From Candidatus Poribacteria bacterium (lineage in GTDB: Bacteria; Poribacteria; WGA-4E; WGA-3G): a DNA stretch of 64,000 nucleotides. The notes beneath the pieces are model-generated. The model did no database searches, was not told where the DNA came from, and was given only the letters and a program-made list of their open reading frames with translations. The position numbers were made by a program, and so were the translations under genes. This document shows, piece after piece, positions 29,649 through 39,486 of the stretch. The stretch covers positions 3,136,001 to 3,200,000 of the forward strand of contig OZ219753.1 of assembly GCA_964291315.2 (NCBI GenBank). The letters are read 5' to 3'. Every line of letters begins with the position of its first letter. Within the stretch, counting starts at the first letter, position 1.

Positions 29649-30584
29649 ATGAATGGAAACACATTTATCAACACAATCATAGTTGGAGATACCACAGAAG
29701 TTCTACCACAGCTGATTAGGAGTAAGAAACAATATGACGTGATTATCGCAGATCCGCCGTACAACATTGGTAAAGATTTCGGTAATAATAGGGCCTTAAT
29801 GCCCATGGACGACTATGTAAAATGGGCAGAAGTATGGATAAAGGACTGCCTTCGTCTTCTGACAGATGATGGATTGCTTTATCTTTATGGTTTCCCTGAA
29901 ATTATTGCAAGAATCTCTGTCTGTTTTCCTCTGCATGCGCAACGCTGGTTGGTATGGCATTATACTAACAAAACAGTCCCGTCCCTCAAATTTTGGCAGC
30001 GGTCGCATGAAACAATATTATGTCTTTGGAAGCCGAATGTGTCACGTCCAGATTTGGAGATAGACCCAATTAGAGAACCGTATACTGATAGTTTCTTAAA
30101 GAACGCAGCCGGAAAAGAGCGAAAAACCGCCCCTTCTCGCTACGGGGGATCTGGCAAAACAACCATTTATCAAGCACATGAAAATGGAGCTTTACCCAGG
30201 GATGTTATTAAAATTCCAGCCTTGGCAGGAGGAGCAGGACGGGCTGAAAGATGGTTCGTTTGTAGAACTTGCGATTCTCAAATTTACCCCCCTGAATATT
30301 TGTCCAAACATCGCGGACACGACATATTGAAGCATCCAACCCAAAAGCCTATGGAATTGACCAGACGGCTCATCCGATCTCGTATTAATAGGAGAGACGG
30401 GAAAGTGCTTATTCCGTTCTCGGGCTCAGGTTCAGAATGTATCGTGGCTCAATCATTGGGCATCGAGTATTTTGGTATAGAAATAAACCCCGAATTTGTT
30501 GACTTTGCAACGAAGTGGCTCGAATGTAACAACAAACAATTAGAATGGGTAATAGAGGGGGACAATGTACCGGTTAACGCCTAG
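29649..30584 (+). CDS. DNA amino-methyltransferase (DPPY, beta class)
   Basis: IADPPYN, HPTQKP, PFSGSGS. Confidence 0.92.
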   Translation: MNGNTFINTIIVGDTTEVLPQLIRSKKQYDVIIADPPYNIGKDFGNNRALMPMDDYVKWAEVWIKDCLRLLTDDGLLYLYGFPEIIARISVCFPLHAQRWLVWHYTNKTVPSLKFWQRSHETILCLWKPNVSRPDLEIDPIREPYTDSFLKNAAGKERKTAPSRYGGSGKTTIYQAHENGALPRDVIKIPALAGGAGRAERWFVCRTCDSQIYPPEYLSKHRGHDILKHPTQKPMELTRRLIRSRINRRDGKVLIPFSGSGSECIVAQSLGIEYFGIEINPEFVDFATKWLECNNKQLEWVIEGDNVPVNA

Positions 30585-31179
30585 AATGCAACGGAATTTA
30601 CGCCAATACTTGAAGAAATATCACGATTTATTTGATGGCGGACGTTGTTCCGGCTGGAAATTAGAAGAATTGATATACAAGTCTATTCAATCGGATAACA
30701 CAGCAGGGCATCACGCAACTTGGAAGGAAGGGGGACACGACGATCAAGCAGATATTCGCGTTAAGGTAAATGGAGAAATATATCCATTACAAATCAAATC
30801 TGGCGAGATTAAGCAAATTAAATCTGCGGGTAAAAAGAAACCGTATCTCGTATTATCAGGACATAGGATAACCCGTTTTAAGGGAGATTTTAAAGCGATC
30901 ACAGAATATTTGAATGAGGAACGTGCTGATCTTTTATCGATGCCTTACCGCAAAGTAGACGATGAAAATGGTAGACATCATAACTACCGAATTGTGTACG
31001 TAGAAGGAAGATATCTTCGCCAACTCAATCCAGATCATTGGGAAAAGGCAAAATCAAGTTGGAAACAGATCAACCGTTATGGTGTAGACTTCACGGTATC
31101 CCCCTCTATGAGTTGGCAGGTCTGGTGGAGAATACCTTTATCCCTGGTGCATCATTCACCGGAATTCGTTATCGGATGA
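30565..31179 (+). CDS. Putative restriction endonuclease
   Basis: Overlaps the MTase gene; E...AD......Q-x-K (QADIR...LQIKSG) PD-(D/E)xK variant. Confidence 0.55.
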   Translation: MYRLTPRMQRNLRQYLKKYHDLFDGGRCSGWKLEELIYKSIQSDNTAGHHATWKEGGHDDQADIRVKVNGEIYPLQIKSGEIKQIKSAGKKKPYLVLSGHRITRFKGDFKAITEYLNEERADLLSMPYRKVDDENGRHHNYRIVYVEGRYLRQLNPDHWEKAKSSWKQINRYGVDFTVSPSMSWQVWWRIPLSLVHHSPEFVIG

Positions 31180-31197
31180 CGAATTCTGCCATGCCGA

Positions 31198-32631
31198 ATG
31201 AACAAGAAAACACTTGACCATTTACTCATCACGCTCACTGTTTTATTCGACTTCTGTTTTGTCGCCACCGCCATTGTCGTAGCCTATTGGATCCGGTTTG
31301 AATCGGGTTGGATCCCCGAAGCCCTCGTCTTCCATAAAGGTAGCACTCCGCCCCTTGACGACTATTACCGCCTCCTTCCATTGATGGCACTCATCTGGAT
31401 AACGGTTTTGAAGGCATTAAAGCTCTATCACCCAGAAAACAGCGTCACACTTTCGGCCTTCTGGTCTCTCTGCAAAGCTGCTGGCATTGCGCTCATCGCT
31501 ACATTGGCTGCGTTATTCTTTATTTTCCACCATGATTCCTATTCTCGTTGGGTCATGCTGCTTTCCACGGGATTCAGTCTTATCAGCTTATTTTTGGGAA
31601 GGTTCGTTCTTTGTCGCTTCCGACAAGCAGTCCACGCGCAGGGTGTCGGTGTTCAGCGAATCGCAGTCATCGGTTATGATGCACGTGTCGAAAAGCTAAT
31701 TAATACCTTGAATACCAGCTCGAATAGCGGTTACAAGCTAATTGGCATAATTGATGAGAGAACAGGCAGCAGTCATCAAGCGAGTCGAGAGTCTACAACG
31801 GATAACCAATTGCGATATCTTGGTGAAAGTCGAGACGTTCTCGACCTGGTGCAAACCCATGGACTCGACACACTTTTCATAGCGTCGCCTACAGTATCAA
31901 GTGACACAATTCTACGGATTCTCGGTGCCTGTGAAGGGGTGCCTGTCCAAATCAACGTACTGCCCGAGCTCTCCGAATTTATTAGGAGCGGTACTGCTAT
32001 CACCTTTTTTGATGCCATGCCGATGTTCCGGCTATGTGAGACTCCGATGCAAGGTATGCAGGGCGTTGCCAAACGTTTTGTAGACATCATTTTGAGTCTT
32101 TTCGCGTTAGTTGCGTTAAGTCCGCTCATGTTAGCAATCGCCGCTGCGATTCGCCTTACCTCACCTGGCGGAGCGATCTTCTGTCAAGAGCGAGTTGGTA
32201 GAGCCGGGAAGCGATTTAACATTTATAAGTTCCGCTCGATGCGGGCTGATGCCGAAGAGAAATTGGGGCATATATGGGCAAAAGATGACGATCCACGGGA
32301 GACCCCACTCGGGAAATTCTTGAGACGGTGGAGTTTAGACGAACTCCCCCAATTTTTCAATGTCCTCAAAGGCGATATGAGTCTCGTTGGGCCCCGGCCG
32401 GAGATGTCTGGTCTCATCGATGCCTTCCGAGAATCGATACCGCACTATCTTACGCGGCAGCGCGTCAAGCCCGGGATGACCGGCTGGGCACAAGTCAATG
32501 GTTTACGGGGCAACACCTCCCTTGAAGAACGGGTCTCTTATGACCGATATTATATCGACACCTGGTCCCTCGGGTTGGATATCAAAATCATTTTGAAGAC
32601 GTTGTGGGCAATCAAAAAAGGCGGGCGATAA
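31198..32631 (+). CDS. Undecaprenyl-phosphate sugar phosphotransferase (WcaJ-like)
   Basis: N-terminal TMs; KFRSM, SLDELPQ, MSLVGPRPE, KPGMTGWAQVNG. Confidence 0.93.
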   Translation: MNKKTLDHLLITLTVLFDFCFVATAIVVAYWIRFESGWIPEALVFHKGSTPPLDDYYRLLPLMALIWITVLKALKLYHPENSVTLSAFWSLCKAAGIALIATLAALFFIFHHDSYSRWVMLLSTGFSLISLFLGRFVLCRFRQAVHAQGVGVQRIAVIGYDARVEKLINTLNTSSNSGYKLIGIIDERTGSSHQASRESTTDNQLRYLGESRDVLDLVQTHGLDTLFIASPTVSSDTILRILGACEGVPVQINVLPELSEFIRSGTAITFFDAMPMFRLCETPMQGMQGVAKRFVDIILSLFALVALSPLMLAIAAAIRLTSPGGAIFCQERVGRAGKRFNIYKFRSMRADAEEKLGHIWAKDDDPRETPLGKFLRRWSLDELPQFFNVLKGDMSLVGPRPEMSGLIDAFRESIPHYLTRQRVKPGMTGWAQVNGLRGNTSLEERVSYDRYYIDTWSLGLDIKIILKTLWAIKKGGR

Positions 32632-32638
32632 CCGGTAT

Positions 32639-33676
32639 CTATTCTGCAAAGTAGCGCCGCACAAAGGGCCATGCCCCAGCTTTATAGTATCGATGCCCTC
32701 CCTCACCTATGAAAAGTTCACACCTATCGGCAACACCTGCCACCGTATAGATTTCCTTTAACCGTTCATACGCTAATTTGACATGGTCTATCGGAAAGAT
32801 TCGGTCATCTCGCCCCGCGATTGCACAAAACGGGCGCGGTGCGATTAAGCCTGCAATGTCGTACATTTCTCCAAGCCGCATGACCCTTGGCACATAGTTA
32901 CACTCACAGTGTCGGATCGTGCCGATGCTGCCTTCAAATGTGCAGAAATAGCAACCCGGTACTGCAACTGCGATGCGAGTGTCACACGCTGCAGCAAAAA
33001 GTGAAACGGTTCCACCGCCGGAATTCCCGGTAATCGCGATGCGGTCAGGATCTACTGGTAGCTGCCTCGTTGCCCAGTCAATAAGCCGTGACATGTCCCA
33101 TACCCGTTCCCCTATCGGGGTGCGTCCGACAAGTATGCTGTGAACCAATTGATGCCGACATGAATGCGTATTATTAGCATGTTTATCCGGCTCCGTTCGT
33201 GTCTCACCGAACGCCCGTGTTGTCGGAGCGATAGCGATGTAACCTTCTTCAACAACTGCCTGGCGTGCAATGTCACGTTCCCCTTCCAACATATGCTTTT
33301 CTTCGGCTTTCGACTCGGCGATACCGGCATAGATGTGCGGATGATTGTGCCCGTGTGGTGCAAGCACTAGTGGAACTTTACCTTTTAGCTTTTTCGGCCG
33401 AAGCATATAAAACGGCAGCGGCACTGTCGGTTCTACCCATAAATACCAACTTTCGCGAAAGTGGTCATTCATCTCCAAGGTTTCGATCTGCTCAGCTTTC
33501 GGAACGTAGTCCGCTAGATCGGATTCCATGTTATCTAGGCCGAGAGTTTCCCGCAACTCCGGGCGAAAATTAGCTTGCCAGGCCAACAGCCCCTCTCGCG
33601 TGGTTTCCTGAAATTCATATTTCCGCGGCACTGTGTCGTATAAGCTTTTGAAATGTACTTCAGCGTTGTACATCAC
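32639..33676 (-). CDS. Alpha/beta hydrolase (dienelactone hydrolase/esterase-like)
   Basis: PHGH, GNSGGG nucleophile elbow, GRDD, GGH. Confidence 0.85.
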   Translation of the reverse strand: MMYNAEVHFKSLYDTVPRKYEFQETTREGLLAWQANFRPELRETLGLDNMESDLADYVPKAEQIETLEMNDHFRESWYLWVEPTVPLPFYMLRPKKLKGKVPLVLAPHGHNHPHIYAGIAESKAEEKHMLEGERDIARQAVVEEGYIAIAPTTRAFGETRTEPDKHANNTHSCRHQLVHSILVGRTPIGERVWDMSRLIDWATRQLPVDPDRIAITGNSGGGTVSLFAAACDTRIAVAVPGCYFCTFEGSIGTIRHCECNYVPRVMRLGEMYDIAGLIAPRPFCAIAGRDDRIFPIDHVKLAYERLKEIYTVAGVADRCELFIGEGGHRYYKAGAWPFVRRYFAE

Positions 33677-33710
33677 GTTTCTCCTTCGCAGATGCGGTCA
33701 ATTGAATCGC

Positions 33711-33738
33711 TTGACAAAATTCATGGCTCTGTTATAAT
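33711..33738 (+). promoter_or_regulatory. sigma70-type promoter
   Basis: TTGACA-16-TATAAT. Confidence 0.6.
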
Positions 33739-33939
33739 ATTGGCTTGTAGACTTCGAAATAAATTTTAAAAGAGAATAAAGGATACGCGAATACCTGTCA
33801 ACATAATTCAGGAATTATGCAAAGTCGAAAGGTAGCCCTACTTCTCCACAGAATTCGGGCACTGATGTCCGCAAAAACGAGGCAGTTTTCCGACCGTATG
33901 CCTTGCGTAAGTCCTAAAAGTGAGTGAAAGATTTTTTAT

Positions 33940-34824
33940 ATGAAAATATTGATAACTGGAGCAAGCGGCAGGCTTGGCCGATATGTGATCCGAGAATTAA
34001 CAGCGAAACACGAATTAGTGTTGATGTCGCGCAGAACGCCGCCAGATGAATTTTCACACCTGCCCTTTATTCAAGGCGACCTGAACAATTTTGAGGACTG
34101 CCAACGCGCTGTTAAGGGTGTGGAGGCGATTCAACACCTCGGCGCTCAACCGAATCCGGTCGATCATCCGGAGTTCCGATCAGGTGCAGCAGAAAACGGT
34201 ATCCCGTTCGATGCAACTTTCAAAACAAATATGCTCGGCACCTATTACCTCATGCAAGCAGCGATTGAAGCAGATGTACACACGGTGGTGATGTGCGGCA
34301 GCAATTGTGCGTTGGGGCACGGCTTCCGAATCAGCAAAACCAATATTCCAATAGACTATCTGCCTATCGATGAAAAACACCCATGCTACCCCGAAGATTC
34401 CTATAGCTTTTCTAAACGTTGTGGTGAGGATCTGTTAGCAAGCTACACCCGCGCGTACGGGATCCGAACCTACGTCACACGTCCCGCGGGTATCAGTCCT
34501 GAAGAACGACGAAAGCAGATGGCAGAAACCACTAAACCAACGACCCATTGGACACCCTGGCTCTGGTGTTGGGTTGGGAGTGAAGATGTCGCTAGGGCGC
34601 ACCGCCTCCTGATGGAAAAGGCGGCTACCCTTCCCCCACATGATGTCTATTTTCTGAATGCTAATGATACTTCGGCATTAGAGCCCTCTCAAGAATTAGT
34701 TGAATGCTTCAAACCTGAACTCCTTCCGAAAGTGAGATCACTTCAAGGACATCAATCCTTTATCAATTGTAACAAACTGAAATCTGCTGTCGGATGGCAG
34801 CACAAAACATCGTGGCGGGTATAG
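33940..34824 (+). CDS. NAD-dependent epimerase/dehydratase
   Basis: ITGASGRLG, YSFSK. Confidence 0.9.
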   Translation: MKILITGASGRLGRYVIRELTAKHELVLMSRRTPPDEFSHLPFIQGDLNNFEDCQRAVKGVEAIQHLGAQPNPVDHPEFRSGAAENGIPFDATFKTNMLGTYYLMQAAIEADVHTVVMCGSNCALGHGFRISKTNIPIDYLPIDEKHPCYPEDSYSFSKRCGEDLLASYTRAYGIRTYVTRPAGISPEERRKQMAETTKPTTHWTPWLWCWVGSEDVARAHRLLMEKAATLPPHDVYFLNANDTSALEPSQELVECFKPELLPKVRSLQGHQSFINCNKLKSAVGWQHKTSWRV

Positions 34825-34941
34825 TGCAGGCTGTCGGCCTTCGATTCTCCATCAAGAGCTCCATGTGGTAGGTACACAAAATGGAATTGCTACATTGACA
34901 TAGCTGATAACTAAATACGATATAAAATTGGAGGAATTATC

Positions 34942-36024
34942 ATGTCAACGGGTGATAGAGTACGGATCGGTGTTGTCGGCGTTGGTAGCATTTCTGTCCG
35001 TGGAATCCTGCCACACCTCACACAAGACGACGTTCAAGACAGATTAGAGGTAACCGCTGTCTGTGATCCCGTTCCGGGTAGGGCGCAAGCCGCATCCGAG
35101 AGGTTCAATGTCCCGCATGCTTACGAGACTTATGAGGCACTTCTGGCAGATGGACATGTGGATGCCGTCAGCATCGCCTCGCCTATCGGTCTTCATTATG
35201 AGCAGGGTAGACTTGCCATCGAGCATGGTATTCATGCCCATTTCAACAAGACGATGACAACGTCCGTTGACGAAGCGGACGACCTCATTGAATCAGCGGC
35301 GCGCCGGGGTGTTAAATTAGTGGCATCCCCAGGGGAGATGCTCCGTCCTATCCATCAAAAAATTCGCAGGCTCATTAACGAGGGGGCTATCGGAACTCTA
35401 ACGTGGGCAGCCGCCGGATCAGCTTTCGGGAGCTACCATGAAAACGAATCTGTCAGGCACGGCAACGATCCGCTTTCGAATATCAATCCTGCGTGGTACT
35501 TCCGTAAACCCGGCGGTGGTCCTCTCTACGACATGACCGTTTACGGTTTGCATGCGATGACTGGCATCCTTGGCCCCGCAAAACGTGTGACAGCGTTCTC
35601 TGGTGTTCGTATTAAAGAACGAGAATTCCGGGGGGAGATGCTGCCTTGCGATATGGACGATAACACCTTCATTCTGCTCGACTTTGGCAAAGCATTTTTC
35701 GGATTTGCCTACGGCGCAGCCGCCGGATCGGTTGTCAGTGGAAGACTAGCAATCCACGGCACCACTGGCACGATTGAGGGGAATTTGCTGAACAAGAAAC
35801 GGATTGAGATATCGGATGCGGAACTTCCGCACGTCGTAGGACCCCATCGCAACATTCAGGAATCACATGTCTATGAAGATATTATGCAGTTGGTGGATTG
35901 GATCCGCGAGGGTAAACCGACGATTGTCACGGCGGAGCATGCGCGACATGTCATAGAGATTTTTGATGCAGGCTACACGTCTGCACAAACCGGTCAAGCA
36001 CAAGTGTTGAGAACTACATTCTAA
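34942..36024 (+). CDS. Gfo/Idh/MocA oxidoreductase
   Basis: IGVVGVG, GGGPLYDMTVY. Confidence 0.9.
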   Translation: MSTGDRVRIGVVGVGSISVRGILPHLTQDDVQDRLEVTAVCDPVPGRAQAASERFNVPHAYETYEALLADGHVDAVSIASPIGLHYEQGRLAIEHGIHAHFNKTMTTSVDEADDLIESAARRGVKLVASPGEMLRPIHQKIRRLINEGAIGTLTWAAAGSAFGSYHENESVRHGNDPLSNINPAWYFRKPGGGPLYDMTVYGLHAMTGILGPAKRVTAFSGVRIKEREFRGEMLPCDMDDNTFILLDFGKAFFGFAYGAAAGSVVSGRLAIHGTTGTIEGNLLNKKRIEISDAELPHVVGPHRNIQESHVYEDIMQLVDWIREGKPTIVTAEHARHVIEIFDAGYTSAQTGQAQVLRTTF

Positions 36025-36043
36025 TAAGGAACGGAACACTTTT

Positions 36044-37000
36044 ATGCCCAAAGCTCTATGTATCGGAGAACTCCTCATCGACTTTGTGTCCACGACACCT
36101 GACGTAACCCTCGCTGAAGCCCCGGGATTCGTTAAATCCCCCGGGGGCGCGCCCGCTAATGTTGCTGTCGGACTAGCTAAACTCGGTATAGACAGTGGGT
36201 TTATCGGAAAGGTTGGTACAGACGCATTCGGCGATTTCCTGCGCGATACCCTTCAACAAAACAACGTGGATACCACCTACCTCATCGCCGGAGAGGAATC
36301 GCGAACGACATTAGCTTTCGTAGCTACACGCTCTGATGGCATGAAAGACATCATCTTCTATCGGCATCCGGGGGCGGATATCCAACTCTCTTCAGAGGAA
36401 ATCGACACGCGTTATGTCGAATTAGCGGAACTCTTCCACTACGGTTCTGTTAGTCTTAGCCATTCGCCAAGCCGCGAGGCAACGCTTCATGCAATCCAAT
36501 CTGCAAAGGCGAGCGGCGCAATGATTTCCTACGATCCGAATTTGCGGTTACCCCTGTGGGACACTGTCGGCGATGCCAAACGCTGGATCTGGGAGGTCAT
36601 GCCCTACGCAGATGTCGTCAAGATATCAGAAGAAGAGTGGGCGTTCGTTACAGGAGATACTGAACTAACTAGCGGGGTTGAGCGTATTCTTGGACTTGGT
36701 GTAACATTGCTAGTTGTTACGTTAGGTGAACGCGGCTGCTACTACACAAACGGTACTGTTGAGGGTTATGTTGACGGTTTTGCTGTTGATGTTGTTGATA
36801 CGCTTGGCGCGGGCGATGCCTTCGTTGCTGCTATGCTCATGCAATTGATGAAGCATGGGAATATCAGAGGGCTTGACGCGGCGCGCCTGAGTGCAATTAT
36901 GCGTTATGCGAATGCAGCGGGAGCGTCAGCAACCCAAAAAATAGGCGTAATTCCTGCATTGCCAACGCTATCTGAGATTGAACAGTTCTTGGAAGAGTAA
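36044..37000 (+). CDS. PfkB-family carbohydrate kinase (fructokinase-like)
   Basis: PGGAPANVA, YDPNLR, DTLGAGDAF. Confidence 0.93.
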   Translation: MPKALCIGELLIDFVSTTPDVTLAEAPGFVKSPGGAPANVAVGLAKLGIDSGFIGKVGTDAFGDFLRDTLQQNNVDTTYLIAGEESRTTLAFVATRSDGMKDIIFYRHPGADIQLSSEEIDTRYVELAELFHYGSVSLSHSPSREATLHAIQSAKASGAMISYDPNLRLPLWDTVGDAKRWIWEVMPYADVVKISEEEWAFVTGDTELTSGVERILGLGVTLLVVTLGERGCYYTNGTVEGYVDGFAVDVVDTLGAGDAFVAAMLMQLMKHGNIRGLDAARLSAIMRYANAAGASATQKIGVIPALPTLSEIEQFLEE

Positions 37001-37058
37001 CCGCTCATTAAATTGAACTCGCGTTTGAGACAAAATGATGAAACATGGGAAAACCTGT

Positions 37059-39062
37059 TTACTGCACAGTTATCAGTATCGGTTCAACGCCCAGCATTTT
37101 TTGAATACGTTGCCGGAGCGCTGCTGCGTCTTCGCGTGTGCCAAACTCTCCGATCGTCACACGGTGCCTCGCCTTACCATCAACACTAGTGATATGTACG
37201 GTAACCTTCTGGTTGGGATTTTGATTCCGTAACTGTGTTTCCAACCTTTTAGCATAACGGGCTTCTACAAACGAACCGACCATGAGCGTTAATTTCGGTT
37301 GCGGGTCATTGACTGACGCTTGTTCCGTTTTGGGAGCTGCCTGATGCTCTGTCCCTAGATCGAGTTGTACCTGTTGCTTGTTCTGATTGCCTGCTATATC
37401 CTGAACGCTTAATTTACAAGTATACCGAGCGAGTGGTTTTGTTTGTAAGCTGCTTAAAAAAACTTCTGTTGGTGGGGGCCCGTTTCCTTCCATTTGTTCA
37501 ACAATCATGTTGCTGGCGTCAAAAATTTCCATCTTCCAACGTGCAAGCGGGTTGAGGTCCAAAGTCTTGATACCGACGGAATACCACCCGCGCGTTCCGT
37601 GTTGATTGATCGTTGCTGCTTTCCTAAAGATTTCTAATGTTGTTGGAATAACATCTACCGTGATCTTTGCGCTATCGATGAGATGCGGTGTGCCGTGTAC
37701 GTCTAAAACATGCAGATGTGCTTCGTAGTTGCCATCAGGCACCAGCTTGCCGGTATCGGCAATGCCATTCCAGATGATGCCTTCTATAGGTGCCCCTCTT
37801 CCTGATTGTTCCCAGACACTCTCGGTGTATTCATCAATAAGCGCCAGCCGCCAGTTAGTGTCTGCCGAGGCATTAAAATGGAAAGTGGTGCTATCTGCAA
37901 AGCCGTCGTTATTCGGTGAAATTGCGTGTTCAGAGACTCGTAGTTCTCCAAGGAATGCCGTGATTCCGGTTTCCGTTGTGAGGGTAGTTGGCATTAAAAT
38001 TGGAATACTTTCATCGGGGTTGTATATTTCGACAGTTGGTTCGACGAGAGTTGGTTCTGGGAGCGGTGCTGCCTCGCTCGTACCCCAACGTAAGGTTGCG
38101 GAAAGCCAATGGATAGACTGTTCCAATTCCTTACCACTCACATAGGCATAATCAAGTTGTCCCGACGAATTCCGGAAACTGAAACCTCGCGCCCATTCCC
38201 CGGCTTTGACTCTTTCGGAAGCCATTAGAGCCGTGTATCCAAGACGTAGGCCTAGATGCCCACGAATCAGCCAGCGTTCCGCGCCAAGGTGCAATCGGAG
38301 TCTCTCGCCCCAATGTCCGCTATTTTCGCCTCGGACAGCGAGGTCCACAGAGAACAACGTTTCACCGCCTAATTGATACGTTGTTCCGAAGCGCGCTGCT
38401 AATGGGACACTCTCAAGGAGGACGCCGTCCATCCGAATCCCATTACTCAATTCGGATAAATTCACGCCTACGGTTACCGAGTCTGCTGATTCTCCGGATT
38501 TTTTCAACGGATAGGTGAATTGCATACCCAGATCTAAGCTCCAGAGGAAATTTGTCCTACTAGGTGTACTATTTTGATAGTAGCGCAGATTTGCGCCCAC
38601 TGATGCGCTTCGGCCTAATGCAAACCCATAGCCTAGAAGCACGATCTGTGTGGAATCAGTTGTATCTCCCTGCCAGCCATCGAGCCAGGTCGCAACGGAT
38701 AGGTTGCCAACGTTCTTATCCGTTAAACCGAAAGTATGAGGATTCGCGGCGATTGAGAACGCCTGCTCCAATCCTGATGAGCTTCCTGAAAAGGGCATAC
38801 CACCCATATTCACTTCAACACCGTCCATAAAACCGAGTGATGAAGGGTTCCAAAGAAACCCACTTGTTGCGGCGGGGCCCGCCGTAAAAGCGCTTCCCAT
38901 ACCGACAGCGCGTGCACTAGCACCGACAAAAATATCTCGATGATTAATGCCAGAAGCCCACGTAGGAATGGAAACAACGAGAAACGCTATTATGATAACA
39001 CCTGTCGCTCGCCAAATTCGGATTGACGAGGGGCTAGTGAATTTAAAAAAATGTAATTGCAT
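37059..39062 (-). CDS. Outer-membrane protein: PorV/UPF0164-like barrel + FlgD Ig + SPOR-like domain
   Basis: VGASARAVGMGSAF..WNPSSL; ISPNNDG.D; WNG...G.LVPDGNY; C-terminal VGSF...RVTIGEF.TREDA. Confidence 0.65.
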   Translation of the reverse strand: MQLHFFKFTSPSSIRIWRATGVIIIAFLVVSIPTWASGINHRDIFVGASARAVGMGSAFTAGPAATSGFLWNPSSLGFMDGVEVNMGGMPFSGSSSGLEQAFSIAANPHTFGLTDKNVGNLSVATWLDGWQGDTTDSTQIVLLGYGFALGRSASVGANLRYYQNSTPSRTNFLWSLDLGMQFTYPLKKSGESADSVTVGVNLSELSNGIRMDGVLLESVPLAARFGTTYQLGGETLFSVDLAVRGENSGHWGERLRLHLGAERWLIRGHLGLRLGYTALMASERVKAGEWARGFSFRNSSGQLDYAYVSGKELEQSIHWLSATLRWGTSEAAPLPEPTLVEPTVEIYNPDESIPILMPTTLTTETGITAFLGELRVSEHAISPNNDGFADSTTFHFNASADTNWRLALIDEYTESVWEQSGRGAPIEGIIWNGIADTGKLVPDGNYEAHLHVLDVHGTPHLIDSAKITVDVIPTTLEIFRKAATINQHGTRGWYSVGIKTLDLNPLARWKMEIFDASNMIVEQMEGNGPPPTEVFLSSLQTKPLARYTCKLSVQDIAGNQNKQQVQLDLGTEHQAAPKTEQASVNDPQPKLTLMVGSFVEARYAKRLETQLRNQNPNQKVTVHITSVDGKARHRVTIGEFGTREDAAALRQRIQKMLGVEPILITVQ

Positions 39063-39486
39063 CGCATAGACTCCATTTTTCTGACAGCGTGCTTACCTAT
39101 ATCCGACCTCTCTTTATCTATTTGATAATACCCTATGGAACACGCTTTTTTTAAAGGATCCTCTTTATCTCAAACGTTACAAACGTTACACTGTAAGCTT
39201 TGCCTACTATACTTTAACGTCAAATCTATAAGAATAGGTACACACATCAGGCAAGATATATACAAACAATCCCAAAAACTGGTATCATCCTGAGTCTGAA
39301 GGCAAAATGTGTCAAAAACCCGCGTTATTCGTCTCAGCTGTGTAAGCCGCGATTCAGACGTTACTTTCCCGCCGCCCTATATTTTCCTTGATTTTTTCTC
39401 TGCCGTGTGCTAAAGTTAAAATAGGTTATTTTGCTGGGAACACCTCATAAAAACCACTCTTATCCTAAAACAAAGGTTACCACTCT

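Noticed and set aside
39171-39190. caaacgtta tandem duplicate
   Set aside because: Only two short units; could be chance.
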